Assembly: GCA_965228735.1 (NCBI GenBank)
Contig: OZ245838.1
Location: forward strand, 6,944,001 to 7,008,000
Origin: Planctomycetota bacterium
GTDB lineage: Bacteria > Planctomycetota > UBA1135 > UBA2386
Direction: 5' to 3'
DNA length: 64,000 nucleotides
In this document: positions 38,333-47,761 of the stretch, in pieces
How positions within the stretch are numbered: the stretch's first letter is position 1
How the letters are laid out: each line of letters begins with the position of its first letter
Notes under the pieces: model-generated
What the model saw: only the letters and a program-made list of their open reading frames with translations
Databases searched by the model: none
Told to the model about the DNA's origin: nothing
Position numbers and translations under genes: made by a program

Positions 38333-40033
38333 CGGCGGCGCCGTGCGCTTCTCCCAGACGACGCCTTGCGCCGACTTGTTGCCGTTGCCGCCGGGATCCG
38401 TGTGCAGCAGCAGCGGCTCGGTGCGGCGTTCGGCGCCCGCGTAGTTGGCGTTGCCGAGACCCGTGCCGAGGAACGTCAGCTGCGTCCGACCGCCGGCGGT
38501 GAGGTAGCCCGCCTGGACGAACGCGAGCGGCACCAGAGCCGGGTTGTTGAGGAAGTTCGCGGTCGTCTGCGCGCTGTCCTGCCACTGCACGGTGAAGCTC
38601 GCGAGCCGCGTCACGGGATCGATCGGCAGCAGCCGCCGGTCCCAGCGCAGCTGCTGGCCGGTGAACGGATGCTCGACCATGACCTGCAGCTCGATCTGCG
38701 GCAGCGCCGCGAGGTCCCAGCTCGCCGGCACCGCGATGTCGTAGGTCGCGCCGTACCAGCCGAACGACGCGAGGGACACGTCCTGCGTGATCGCGACGAG
38801 GCCGGGGCGCTGCGCGATGTGTTCGTGCCGCAACGTGAGCCACTGGCCGCCGTCGGGATGCTGCAGCAGCAGGTCGACGTCACCGTCGGCGTCGACGTCG
38901 GTGCTCGCGAGCTCGCACGGCGCATGATTGCCGACGTAGGCCGCCGGATCGGCCGGCCGCGTGTCCTGGATCGGGCCGGGCAGTTTGCCGCGCGTGAGCG
39001 TCTGCGTGCGCAGCAACCGGCCGTCCGCCGCGCCGAGCACGACGTCGACGGCGGGGCCGCGCGGCAGCAGCGCGGTGCCGTGCGTCGGGTGCCCCGGTGC
39101 GGCTGCGAGCCAGTGGTACTGCAGCGTGGCGGAGTCCAGCCAGCACACCAGCACGCCGGTCGGCGTCGCGATCGCGAGGGCCGCGGTCGCATCGAACGGC
39201 GCGGTCGCGAGGTCCGTCACGTTCGGCGCCGGGATCGCCGCGATCGGCACGAGGTTGCCGAGCAGGTCGTCGCGCAGGACCGCGACCCCGAGTCCGGGGA
39301 CGTGCGCGATCACGTCGCCGCTGCCGTCACCGTCGAAGTCGCAGAGCGCGACGTCGCGGACGGGCCACGGCACGTCGATGCGCGCCGAACCGATGAGCAT
39401 CGGCACGCCGAACGGCGCGTCGAGCGCGTGCCGGATGACGGCGAAGCCGGCGCTGCCGTTGTCGTGCACCACGACGATGTCGTCGCAGCCGTCACCCTCG
39501 ACGTTGCCGGTCGCCAGATCGACCGCGCCGTAGCTCGGCGGCAGCACGGTGAACGCCGCGGTCGAGAACGCGCCGCTGCCGTGCGGATCGACGCCCATCC
39601 CGAGATCGAATCCGAGTCGCAGGAGTTGTGGTGCGTTCGGGTCCGCGAGCAGGACGGTGTCCTGATCGAGCCAGGCCTGGCGCAGCGGGGCCGCGGCCGT
39701 GAAGCTGCCGCTCGCGAGTCCGGGCGCGATCGGCCAGTCGCGAAAGCGCCCCGGGCTGTGTTCGCGGCCCATCGCCACGTGCAGCGCGAGGCCGTGCCCG
39801 GCGTCACCGAGCACGATCGCGTCGGGGATCCGGTTGCCGTCGAGGTCGAGCGTCGCGACCGTCACGTCCGTCGCGATCGCCGGCTGGCCGAGCGCGTCGA
39901 CGAACGGCACGTGGGCCATCTCCGACGGGCGATCCGGGTAGGCGAGCGAACCGGTGGGCGCGGCCGGCGTGAGCGTCGGGCCCTGGGGGAGGGCGAGGCT
40001 CACGGCGCAGCCGAGGAGAACGAGACAGGTCAT
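38294..40033 (-). CDS. Secreted FG-GAP/VCBS repeat protein
   Basis: Signal peptide and loops DLDGNRIPD, GNVEGDGCDDI, DFDGDGSGDV, DVDADGDVDLL. Confidence 0.8.
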   Translation of the reverse strand: MTCLVLLGCAVSLALPQGPTLTPAAPTGSLAYPDRPSEMAHVPFVDALGQPAIATDVTVATLDLDGNRIPDAIVLGDAGHGLALHVAMGREHSPGRFRDWPIAPGLASGSFTAAAPLRQAWLDQDTVLLADPNAPQLLRLGFDLGMGVDPHGSGAFSTAAFTVLPPSYGAVDLATGNVEGDGCDDIVVVHDNGSAGFAVIRHALDAPFGVPMLIGSARIDVPWPVRDVALCDFDGDGSGDVIAHVPGLGVAVLRDDLLGNLVPIAAIPAPNVTDLATAPFDATAALAIATPTGVLVCWLDSATLQYHWLAAAPGHPTHGTALLPRGPAVDVVLGAADGRLLRTQTLTRGKLPGPIQDTRPADPAAYVGNHAPCELASTDVDADGDVDLLLQHPDGGQWLTLRHEHIAQRPGLVAITQDVSLASFGWYGATYDIAVPASWDLAALPQIELQVMVEHPFTGQQLRWDRRLLPIDPVTRLASFTVQWQDSAQTTANFLNNPALVPLAFVQAGYLTAGGRTQLTFLGTGLGNANYAGAERRTEPLLLHTDPGGNGNKSAQGVVWEKRTAPPLPQADAALLPWQ

Positions 40034-40261
40034 GGCTCAGGGCGGCAGGGGACCGCGAGCATAGCAGGTATTCGGATCTGCGGCCGGGCGCCGGGGGGCG
40101 GGCAAAAACCGGGCAGGAGCCGGGCCCCCTGCCAAGGTCGGTCCGACGCCTGCCCGCGGCCGGATGGACCGTCCACCCGGAACCGACGACAACCGCCGTC
40201 GGACACCGGGTGGTTGCGGGTTCGGGCCCGACCGCCGGCGGAAAACCCGGAAATCGGGGGC

Positions 40262-40750
40262 TCAGTAGCTCAGGCCGTTCTTCCGGATGTGCACCATCGG
40301 CTGGCGCGCGACGTCGCCGTCGCCGGCGACGACCTTGCCGCAGACCACGGTGTGATCGCCCCAGTCGTCGACCGCGCCGACGACCTCGCACTCGAGGTGG
40401 GCCGCGGCACCCGTCGGATACGGCACGCCCTGCGCACTCGTCGCCGTCGCGATGCCCGCGAACGCCGGCGCGCCCGGCTCGAATCCGCGCGCGAAGTGCC
40501 CCATGAGATTCTTGCTCGCCTCGTCGATCACCGTGAGGCAGAACGCGCCGCCCTGCCGAACGAGCTCTTCGATCGGGCGCCCGCGCTTCAGCGCGACCAT
40601 GACGGTGGGGGGCTCGAAGCCGACCTGTTGCACCCAGGACGCGAGCATTCCGGTCGCGCTCTTGCCCGTGCCGGCGGTGAGGACGTAGAGCCCGCTCGCG
40701 ATGCGGCCGAGGCTGCGCGCGATGGCTTCGTTGGATTCGGTGTCGGTCAT
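40262..40750 (-). CDS. Flavin reductase family protein
   Basis: LGRIASGLYVLT, MLASWVQQVGFEPP, LECEV, GDHTVVCG, PMVHIRKNGLSY. Confidence 0.92.
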   Translation of the reverse strand: MTDTESNEAIARSLGRIASGLYVLTAGTGKSATGMLASWVQQVGFEPPTVMVALKRGRPIEELVRQGGAFCLTVIDEASKNLMGHFARGFEPGAPAFAGIATATSAQGVPYPTGAAAHLECEVVGAVDDWGDHTVVCGKVVAGDGDVARQPMVHIRKNGLSY

Positions 40751-40799
40751 CGTGTGGCCGTCATCGTGACGTGCGCAAGCGGTGCGCGCTACCAGGCAG

Positions 40800-42824
40800 T
40801 CACTGTTGCTTGCGGTCGTCGCGGCCGGGATCGGTCGCCGTGCCGGTCCCCGGGTTCGTCGTGGTCGGGCTCGCGGATCCGGGAGCGGCGGCCTGGCCGC
40901 CCGGCGTGAGCGCTTGCATGAGCCGATCGACGTCGCCGAGGAACTCGCCGAGGCCGTCGACGTCGACCGGCGTCGCGGGGGCGTCGGCCTGGCCTCCGGG
41001 GCGCAACACGCGCGCCATCTGGTGCTCGCGGGCGCTCTCGGCGAAGAGGCCCTGGCGGTCGAACATCTTCGCCGCCTCGAGGTGGACGTAGAGGTCGCCC
41101 TCGAACCGAACGCGGATCCCGCGCATCGCGGTGAGCGCCTCCTCGACGTCACCTTCGAGCTCGCGGATGCGGGCTCGCGACACGAGCACGCGCGGGTCGT
41201 CCGGGTTCTCGCCGGCAACCGAGAGCACCTCGCGGGCGCGGGCCAGCGCCTCTCTACGTTCCTGGCCGGCGGCGTGTTCCGCGAGGTCGATGAGGTGTTC
41301 GGCGACGAGCGCGCGCGTGCCGAGGTCGGGCGCGATCACGAGCAGCGCGGTGAGGTCGCGCTGCAGGCGGCGAACGGCGGCGCGGTCGCCGATCGCCTCG
41401 AGGGCTCGGATCCGCAGCCGCAGCAGTTCGGGGTCCGCGCCGCCCGCGAGCTCGGCGGCGGTGTCGAGGTCGTAGATCGCGGCGCGGAAGTCGCCGAGGC
41501 GTGACTGCGCCTTGGCCCGCAGCAAGAACGCGCGCGGATCGTCGGCGCGTTCCTCGACGACGGCCGACGCCGCGGCGATCGCCTGCAGCAGCAGGTCCTG
41601 GCGTTGCCGCGCCGACCGCTGGTTGCCGCCTTCGTCGCGCGCCGTCGACGCGAGCGCGAGGTAGCGCTCCGCCTCGGCGAGGCGTTGCCGGATCGCGTTC
41701 TCGTTGCGTTCGATCAGGAGCCACCCGCCGATGCCCGACAGCGCGAGGACGGCCGCCGTCAGCGCCGACAGCAGCGGTCGTTGCAGGACGAACCGCCAGG
41801 CCCGCGCGCCGGGGCCGGGCAACCTCGCCAGCACCGGCTCGCCGGCGAGGTGGCGTTCGAGGTCCTCGGCCAGTTCGAGCGCGGAGCCGTAGCGGCGCCG
41901 CGGGTCGCGGTCCATCGCCTTGTGCACGATCGCTGCGACGTTGTTCGGCAGGTCGCGGCGCAGCTGCCAGCTCGGTGTCGGAGCCTGCTCGAGCACGGCC
42001 TTGAGCACGCTCTGACCCGTGGGCCCGTCGTACGGCGGCTGCCCCGTCACGAGGGCGTAGAGCGTCGCGCCGAGCGAGTAGACATCGGCGAGCGTGCCGG
42101 CGTCAGCCGTGCCGCCGAGGACGATCTCGGGCGCCATGTACATCGGGGTGCCGACGATCGCGCCGCTCTCGGTCATCGAGCCGGTGCCGGTTTCGCGCGC
42201 GAGGCCGAAGTCCGTGATCGCGACGTCGGCCGCCTGCGGACCGGCGCCTGGCTCGTCGCCGCCGGCGCTGCGCAGCATGATGTTGCCGGGCTTGACGTCG
42301 CGATGCACGACGCCGTGATCGTGCGCGAAGTGCAGCGCCCGCGCGACCCGCGCCGCGATCGCACACGCGTGCTGCACCGGGAGGGGGCCGACGGCGAGCC
42401 GTTCCTCGAGCGTCACGCCGTCGACGAACTCCATCGCGAACCAGTGCAACCGCCCGCGCGTGCCCTGATCGTGGAAGCGGACGATGTCGGGGTGGCGGAC
42501 TCGCGCCATGAGGCGGCCCTCGCGATAGAAGCGGGCGAGGGCCCGCTCGGTCAGCGTCAGGCTCGGCGGCAGCACCTTGAGCGCGACGCGGTCACCCGTC
42601 GCTCGCACCCTGGCCTCGTAGACGATGCCCATCGAGCCCTTGCCGACCTCGCGCACGATCTCGAACTCGGGCAGGTCGCCCGTGAGCGTCTCCGGCGCGA
42701 ACGTGTAGAAGTCGCGCGTCGAGCCCCAATCCGGGCCGGAGCTGCCAGCGCCACCGGAGTTGCCCGCGCCGCCGGAGTTGCCTGCGCCACCCGGATTGCC
42801 GGCTGATTCCCCGTCCGCGGTCAC
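40800..42824 (-). CDS. Hanks-type Ser/Thr kinase with TM and TPRs
   Basis: GKGSMG, VALK, HRDVKPGN, DFGLA, GTPMYMAPE, DVYSLG. GTG start overlaps the kdsA stop. Confidence 0.92.
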   Translation of the reverse strand: MTADGESAGNPGGAGNSGGAGNSGGAGSSGPDWGSTRDFYTFAPETLTGDLPEFEIVREVGKGSMGIVYEARVRATGDRVALKVLPPSLTLTERALARFYREGRLMARVRHPDIVRFHDQGTRGRLHWFAMEFVDGVTLEERLAVGPLPVQHACAIAARVARALHFAHDHGVVHRDVKPGNIMLRSAGGDEPGAGPQAADVAITDFGLARETGTGSMTESGAIVGTPMYMAPEIVLGGTADAGTLADVYSLGATLYALVTGQPPYDGPTGQSVLKAVLEQAPTPSWQLRRDLPNNVAAIVHKAMDRDPRRRYGSALELAEDLERHLAGEPVLARLPGPGARAWRFVLQRPLLSALTAAVLALSGIGGWLLIERNENAIRQRLAEAERYLALASTARDEGGNQRSARQRQDLLLQAIAAASAVVEERADDPRAFLLRAKAQSRLGDFRAAIYDLDTAAELAGGADPELLRLRIRALEAIGDRAAVRRLQRDLTALLVIAPDLGTRALVAEHLIDLAEHAAGQERREALARAREVLSVAGENPDDPRVLVSRARIRELEGDVEEALTAMRGIRVRFEGDLYVHLEAAKMFDRQGLFAESAREHQMARVLRPGGQADAPATPVDVDGLGEFLGDVDRLMQALTPGGQAAAPGSASPTTTNPGTGTATDPGRDDRKQQ

Positions 42825-43666
42825 GTTGCGCCGGCCGCGCGTTCGATCGCCCGCAGCTGTTGCAGCAGCGGGGCGAGGTCCTCGAGGCGCAGCATGTTGG
42901 GACCGTCGCTCGGCGCGTTGTCGGGATCCTCGTGCACTTCCATGAACAGCCCGTCGACGCCGCAGGCCACCGCGGCGCGCGCGAGGTAGGGGACCTTGGT
43001 GCGGTCGCCGCCGGTCGAGGTGCCAGCACCGCCGGGGCGCTGCACCGAGTGCGTGGCGTCGAAGATCAGCGGTTGCCCGGCCGCGCGCATCGTCGGGAAG
43101 CCGGCGAAGTCGACGACGAGCGTGCGGTAGCCGAACGACGCGCCGCGTTCGGTGATCATCACGCGATCGTGGCCCGTGGCCGTGATCTTGCGGATGACGT
43201 TCGGCACGTCGTCCGGCGCGAGGAACTGCCCCTTCTTGACGTTCACCGTCTTGCCCGTCGCCGCGGCCGCGAGCAGCAGGTCGGTCTGCCGACAGAGGAA
43301 CGCGGGGATCTGCAGGCAGTCCACGACCTCGCCCACGGCCGCGCACTGGCCGGCCTCGTGCACGTCGGTGAGCACGGGCAGCGCGAGGTCGCGCTGGACC
43401 TCGGCGAGAATCGCGAGCCCCTCGTCGATCCCGCAGCCGCGGAACGCGCCGCCGGACGTGCGATTGGCCTTGTCGAAGCTCGACTTGAACACCAGCGGCA
43501 CCTCGGCGGCCGTGCTGATCCGCTGCAGGGCCTCGGCGTGCCGCAGCGTGTGATCGCGGCTCTCGATCACGCACGGGCCGGCGATGAGCGCGAACGGGTT
43601 GCCGTTGCCGAATTCGACGCTGCCGACCGGGACGTTTCGAGGTCGGTCAGGAGAGGGACCTGCCAT
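42821..43666 (-). CDS. kdsA: 3-deoxy-8-phosphooctulonate (KDO8P) synthase
   Basis: IAGPCVIES, KSSFDKANRTS, QIPAFLCRQTDL, NVKKGQF, TERG, FDATHSVQ.PGG, SDGPN. Confidence 0.97.
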   Translation of the reverse strand: MAGPSPDRPRNVPVGSVEFGNGNPFALIAGPCVIESRDHTLRHAEALQRISTAAEVPLVFKSSFDKANRTSGGAFRGCGIDEGLAILAEVQRDLALPVLTDVHEAGQCAAVGEVVDCLQIPAFLCRQTDLLLAAAATGKTVNVKKGQFLAPDDVPNVIRKITATGHDRVMITERGASFGYRTLVVDFAGFPTMRAAGQPLIFDATHSVQRPGGAGTSTGGDRTKVPYLARAAVACGVDGLFMEVHEDPDNAPSDGPNMLRLEDLAPLLQQLRAIERAAGAT

Positions 43667-43838
43667 GCCACCGATCGTAGCGCCGCGGGCACCGCGGTGG
43701 AGCGCTATTCGTGACACGGGGCGTGGTAACCTTGGTCTCACCCCGTGTTTAGGCCCAAAGCTCGAGGCGGGGTCGAGTAGCGCCACGTAGCACCACCGGA
43801 GAGCCTTCCGCTGCCGACCTCGCCAAACCCCGATCGAC

Positions 43839-45125
43839 ATGCAGACCCCCACCCTCGCGGCGCTGCCGCTCCTTGCCACCTCACTCTTCGCTCAGGGCCT
43901 CCACGAGGCGCCGGAGCCCAACGACACCGCGGCGACGGCCACGGTCCTCAACGTCGGTCAGCAGGCGTTCGGTGACATCACCGCGGGCGACGAGGACTGG
44001 TTCGCGATCACGCTCGCGAGCGACCAGGACTACAACATCTGGACGAGCCCCGGCTTCAGCGGCGCGATCGGCGACACGCGCGTTCGCATCGTCGAGTCGG
44101 ACGGGGTCACGGTCGTGGTCGACGTCGACGACGGCAACACGAGCACGCACGGCTACTACTCGACGCTGCGCGGCACGCTGACGGCGGGAAGCTACTTCAT
44201 CGCGGTCCGCGGCTACGACGCGACGACGGCGGGCAGCTACACGCTCGACGCCGTGTTCGCGCCGCTCGGCACCTACGTGCCGGCGCTGACGCCCGCGGCG
44301 GAAGGGGCCGAGAACAACGATCCGCGGCCGAGCTACGGCAGCGGCACGCCGACGCCCGTCGCGCTCGGTTCGCTCGTCTCCGGTGAGATCCTCACGGGCG
44401 GCGGCGGCGCGAGCTACACCGACCCGGCCGCCGACTACGACTTCTTCGAGCTGCAGCTCGCGGCCGACGCGACCCTGAGCCTCGAGACGGTGACCGGCGC
44501 CGCCGCGCCCGCGCTCAGCGACTCCGTCCTGTTCCTCGTCGACGACACGTTCGCCGTGATCCGTTCCGATGACGATAGCGGCGCCGGGCTGCTCTCGCGG
44601 CTCGACGAGTCGCTCGCGGCCGGCACCTACTACGTCGTGGTGAAGGGCTGGGGCACGGGCAACTACGACCTCGCGGTGAACGCCGCGCTGCCCGTCGGCA
44701 CGGTCTCGACCGGCACGACGGCGTGTTCCGGATCGGCGGGCGTGCCGAGCCTCGACGTCCGGCGCCTCGTCGGCGGTGAGATCCCCGAACGGCCGATCCT
44801 CGGTTCGACGTTCTACTGCGACGGCACCAACCTGCCGCCGAGCACGCTCGTCGTGCGCGTCGTCGGGCTGCTCAAGCTCTCGACGCCGGTGAGTCTCGCG
44901 GCGTTCGGCTCCCCGAACTGCTTCTTCGACGTCGACCAGATCAACCAGACGCTGTCGCTGACGGATGCGACCGGCGCGCACTTCTGGGGCATCGATACGC
45001 CAGCGAACCCGGCGTTCAACGGGCTGCCGGTCGAACAGCAGCTGATCGGCATCGAGGTGATCGGCGGCGCGTTCTCGATCGTGTCGACGAACACGCTCTC
45101 GACGGTCTACGGCCAGGCGCACTGA
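43839..45125 (+). CDS. Secreted protein with PPC/DVUA0089-like beta-sandwich repeats (paralog 1)
   Basis: Signal peptide. EPNDTAATA, DEDWF, DDGN, DDDSGAGLLSR, AGTYYVVV. Confidence 0.8.
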   Translation: MQTPTLAALPLLATSLFAQGLHEAPEPNDTAATATVLNVGQQAFGDITAGDEDWFAITLASDQDYNIWTSPGFSGAIGDTRVRIVESDGVTVVVDVDDGNTSTHGYYSTLRGTLTAGSYFIAVRGYDATTAGSYTLDAVFAPLGTYVPALTPAAEGAENNDPRPSYGSGTPTPVALGSLVSGEILTGGGGASYTDPAADYDFFELQLAADATLSLETVTGAAAPALSDSVLFLVDDTFAVIRSDDDSGAGLLSRLDESLAAGTYYVVVKGWGTGNYDLAVNAALPVGTVSTGTTACSGSAGVPSLDVRRLVGGEIPERPILGSTFYCDGTNLPPSTLVVRVVGLLKLSTPVSLAAFGSPNCFFDVDQINQTLSLTDATGAHFWGIDTPANPAFNGLPVEQQLIGIEVIGGAFSIVSTNTLSTVYGQAH

Positions 45126-45269
45126 GCGCCGGCCGTTCGCCCTACGGTAACGGGGTTGTTCGTCCCCGGTTCGTCCCTGCCACGGTAGCGGTTCGGAAAA
45201 GCTGTAGTCCGCGGCTGCGGCGCGGGTAGATGCCCTTCGGAGAAGGGGGCACCTCCCCCGAATCGTGCC

Positions 45270-46571
45270 ATGCAGATCATCCGTTCCGCGGCGCTGCCGC
45301 TCGTCGGTTCTCTCGTTCTCAACGCGTCCGCGCTCGCGCAGGGCCTCCCCGAGGCCCCCGAGCCGAACGACACCGCTGCGACGGCGACGGTGCTCACGCC
45401 CGGCCAGCAGGCGTACGGCGACATCACGGCCGGCGACGAGGATTGGTTCGCCGTCACGCTGACCGCCGACCGGGACTACAACATCTGGACGAGCCCGGGC
45501 TTCAGCGGCGCGATCGGGGACACGCGGGTTCGCATCGTCGAATCGGACGGGGTGACGGTCGTGGTCGACGTCGACGACGGCAACACCGGCACGCACGGCT
45601 ACTACACGACGGTGCAGGGCACGCTCACTGCTGGCACCTACTTCATCGCGGTGCGCGGGTACGATGCGACGACGGTTGGCAGCTACACGCTCGATGCCGT
45701 GTTCGCGCCGCTCGGCACCTACGTGCCGGCGCTCGCGCCGGCGGTCGAAGGCGCGGAGAACAACGATCCGCGGCCGAGCTACGGCAGCGGCACGCCGACG
45801 CCGGCGGCGCTCGCGACGCTGATCGCGGGCGAGATCCTGACGGGCGGCGGTGGCGCGAGCTACACCGAGCCGACTGCGGACTACGACTTCTACGAGCTGC
45901 AGCTCGCAGCGGCGACGACGTTGGACCTCGAGACGGTCACGGGCGCGGCGTCGCCGGCCCTGTCCGACTCCGTGCTGTTCCTCGTCGACGACACGTTCGG
46001 TGTGATCACGGCCGACGACGACAGCGGTGCTGGATTGCTGTCGCGGATCGTCGCGCCCGTCGCTGCCGGGACCTACTACGTCGTCGTCAAGGGCTGGGGC
46101 CCGGGCAACTACGACCTCGCGATCACGGGCGCGCTCCCGGTCGGTTCCGTCGTCACGGGCACGACGGCGTGCAGCGGCTCGGCAGGCGTGCCGAACCTCG
46201 ACGTGCGGCGCCTGGCTGGCGGCGAGATCCCCGAACGGCCGATCCTCGGCTCGACGTTCTACTGCGACGGCACGAACCTGCCGCCGAGCACGCTCGTCGT
46301 GCGCGTGGTCGGGCTGCTCAAGCTGCCGACGCCGGTGAGCCTCGCGGCGTTCGGCTCCCCGAACTGCTTCTTCGAGGTCGACCAGATCAACCAGACGCTG
46401 TCGCTGACCGACGCGACCGGCACGCACTTCTGGGGCATCGACACGCCGGCCGATCCGGCGTTCAACGGGCTGCCCGTCGAGCAGCAGCTCATCGGCATCG
46501 AAGTGGTCGGTGGCGCGTTCTCGATCGTGTCGACGAACACGCTCTCGACGGTCTACGGCCAGGCGCACTGA
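45270..46571 (+). CDS. Secreted protein with PPC/DVUA0089-like repeats (paralog 2)
   Basis: Mature sequence is near-identical to 43839-45125. Confidence 0.8.
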   Translation: MQIIRSAALPLVGSLVLNASALAQGLPEAPEPNDTAATATVLTPGQQAYGDITAGDEDWFAVTLTADRDYNIWTSPGFSGAIGDTRVRIVESDGVTVVVDVDDGNTGTHGYYTTVQGTLTAGTYFIAVRGYDATTVGSYTLDAVFAPLGTYVPALAPAVEGAENNDPRPSYGSGTPTPAALATLIAGEILTGGGGASYTEPTADYDFYELQLAAATTLDLETVTGAASPALSDSVLFLVDDTFGVITADDDSGAGLLSRIVAPVAAGTYYVVVKGWGPGNYDLAITGALPVGSVVTGTTACSGSAGVPNLDVRRLAGGEIPERPILGSTFYCDGTNLPPSTLVVRVVGLLKLPTPVSLAAFGSPNCFFEVDQINQTLSLTDATGTHFWGIDTPADPAFNGLPVEQQLIGIEVVGGAFSIVSTNTLSTVYGQAH

Positions 46572-46586
46572 GTCGCCGGCGAACGG

Positions 46587-46715
46587 TCACTCGTCGCGCC
46601 GCAGCTCGCCGAGCCGCAGCGCGAGGCGTGACAGGCCGCGGTGCACGAGGTGGCGCGCGGCACCCTCGCTGCGGTCCATGCGTCGGGCGATCTCGGCGTA
46701 GGGGCTGTTGCTCGC
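46587..46715 (-). pseudogene. Remnant of an ECF sigma factor region 4
   Basis: PYAEIARRMDRSEGAARHLVHRGLSRLALRLGELRRDE*. In-frame stop about 20 codons upstream and no region 2. Confidence 0.6.
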
Positions 46716-46816
46716 CGCGCGGCGCGCGGGTTCGGAGTTCGACGCGACGACGGCGCACTACGCGCCGCTGCGGGACCTTCCCGGCTGGGACGAGCTCGCC
46801 GGTCAGTGAGTTCCGG

Positions 46817-47740
46817 TCAGTGAGTGGAGGGGGCCGGGCGCGGCCCGAACAACCGGGCCGGTCGCTCCCCCGAGGTGATCGTCATCGGCGTGTCGCCGCC
46901 GTGGTCGCCGTCGACCTGGAACGGCGCGTTGCCGGTGATCGCGATCGTGCGGGCCGTCGTGACTTCGAGATGGGGGCCCGCTCGCAATCGGCCGCAGAAC
47001 GCGCGCAGACCGTGCCAGAGCCAGCTCGTGCGCGAGCGCATGCGGAACGCCAGCACGTGCAGCTGGCCGTCGTCGCCGCGGATGCCCGGCGTGAGCCGCA
47101 CGACGCCGCCGAAGTGGCGCGTGCGCGTCACGAGCACGGAGCTCAGTCCGGACAGCACGCGGTTGCCGTCGAGCGTGACGCCGAGGTCGAAGCGCGGCCA
47201 CCGGCGCACCGTGTGCAGGATCGGGCCGAGCCACTTGTGCTTGCCGAGCGTTCCCGTACGCACCTCGCTCAAACGCCGCACGACCGCGCCATCGACGCCC
47301 GCGCCGACGAACAGCAGGAAGCGGCGTCCGGTGTCGGTGACGCCGAAGGTGTGGTCGGTCAACCGACCCGCGGCGAGCACGTCCGCAGCGCGCGCCGGGT
47401 CGCGGGGCAGCCCGTACTCGAGTGCGAGGACGTTCGCCGTGCCGACCGGCAGGAAACCGAGCGGCCGCGTCGGGTCGGGCATGCCGTTGAACACCTCGTT
47501 GATCGTGCCGTCGCCGCCCGCGGCGACGAGGCCGTCCCAGTCCTCGTCCGCCGCCTGCGTCGCCCGTTCGGCCGCGTGGCCCGCGCGCTCGGTGAAGAAC
47601 CCCTCCGCGTGGATCCCGCGCCGCCGCAGGTGATCGCATAGCGCCGGCACGGCGGCGCGCGCGCGGCCGCCCCCCGAGATCGGGTTGGCGATGACCAGCA
47701 GTCGGTGCGGAATCGACGGCGGGTTTGCGGACGCGGGCAC
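46817..47740 (-). CDS. Diacylglycerol kinase family lipid kinase (YegS/BmrU-like)
   Basis: IANPISGGG, AAGGDGTINEV, LPVGTANVLA, GAGVDG, FQVDGD. Confidence 0.9.
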   Translation of the reverse strand: MPASANPPSIPHRLLVIANPISGGGRARAAVPALCDHLRRRGIHAEGFFTERAGHAAERATQAADEDWDGLVAAGGDGTINEVFNGMPDPTRPLGFLPVGTANVLALEYGLPRDPARAADVLAAGRLTDHTFGVTDTGRRFLLFVGAGVDGAVVRRLSEVRTGTLGKHKWLGPILHTVRRWPRFDLGVTLDGNRVLSGLSSVLVTRTRHFGGVVRLTPGIRGDDGQLHVLAFRMRSRTSWLWHGLRAFCGRLRAGPHLEVTTARTIAITGNAPFQVDGDHGGDTPMTITSGERPARLFGPRPAPSTH

Positions 47741-47761
47741 GGCGCGCCACAGTAGCGCGCG

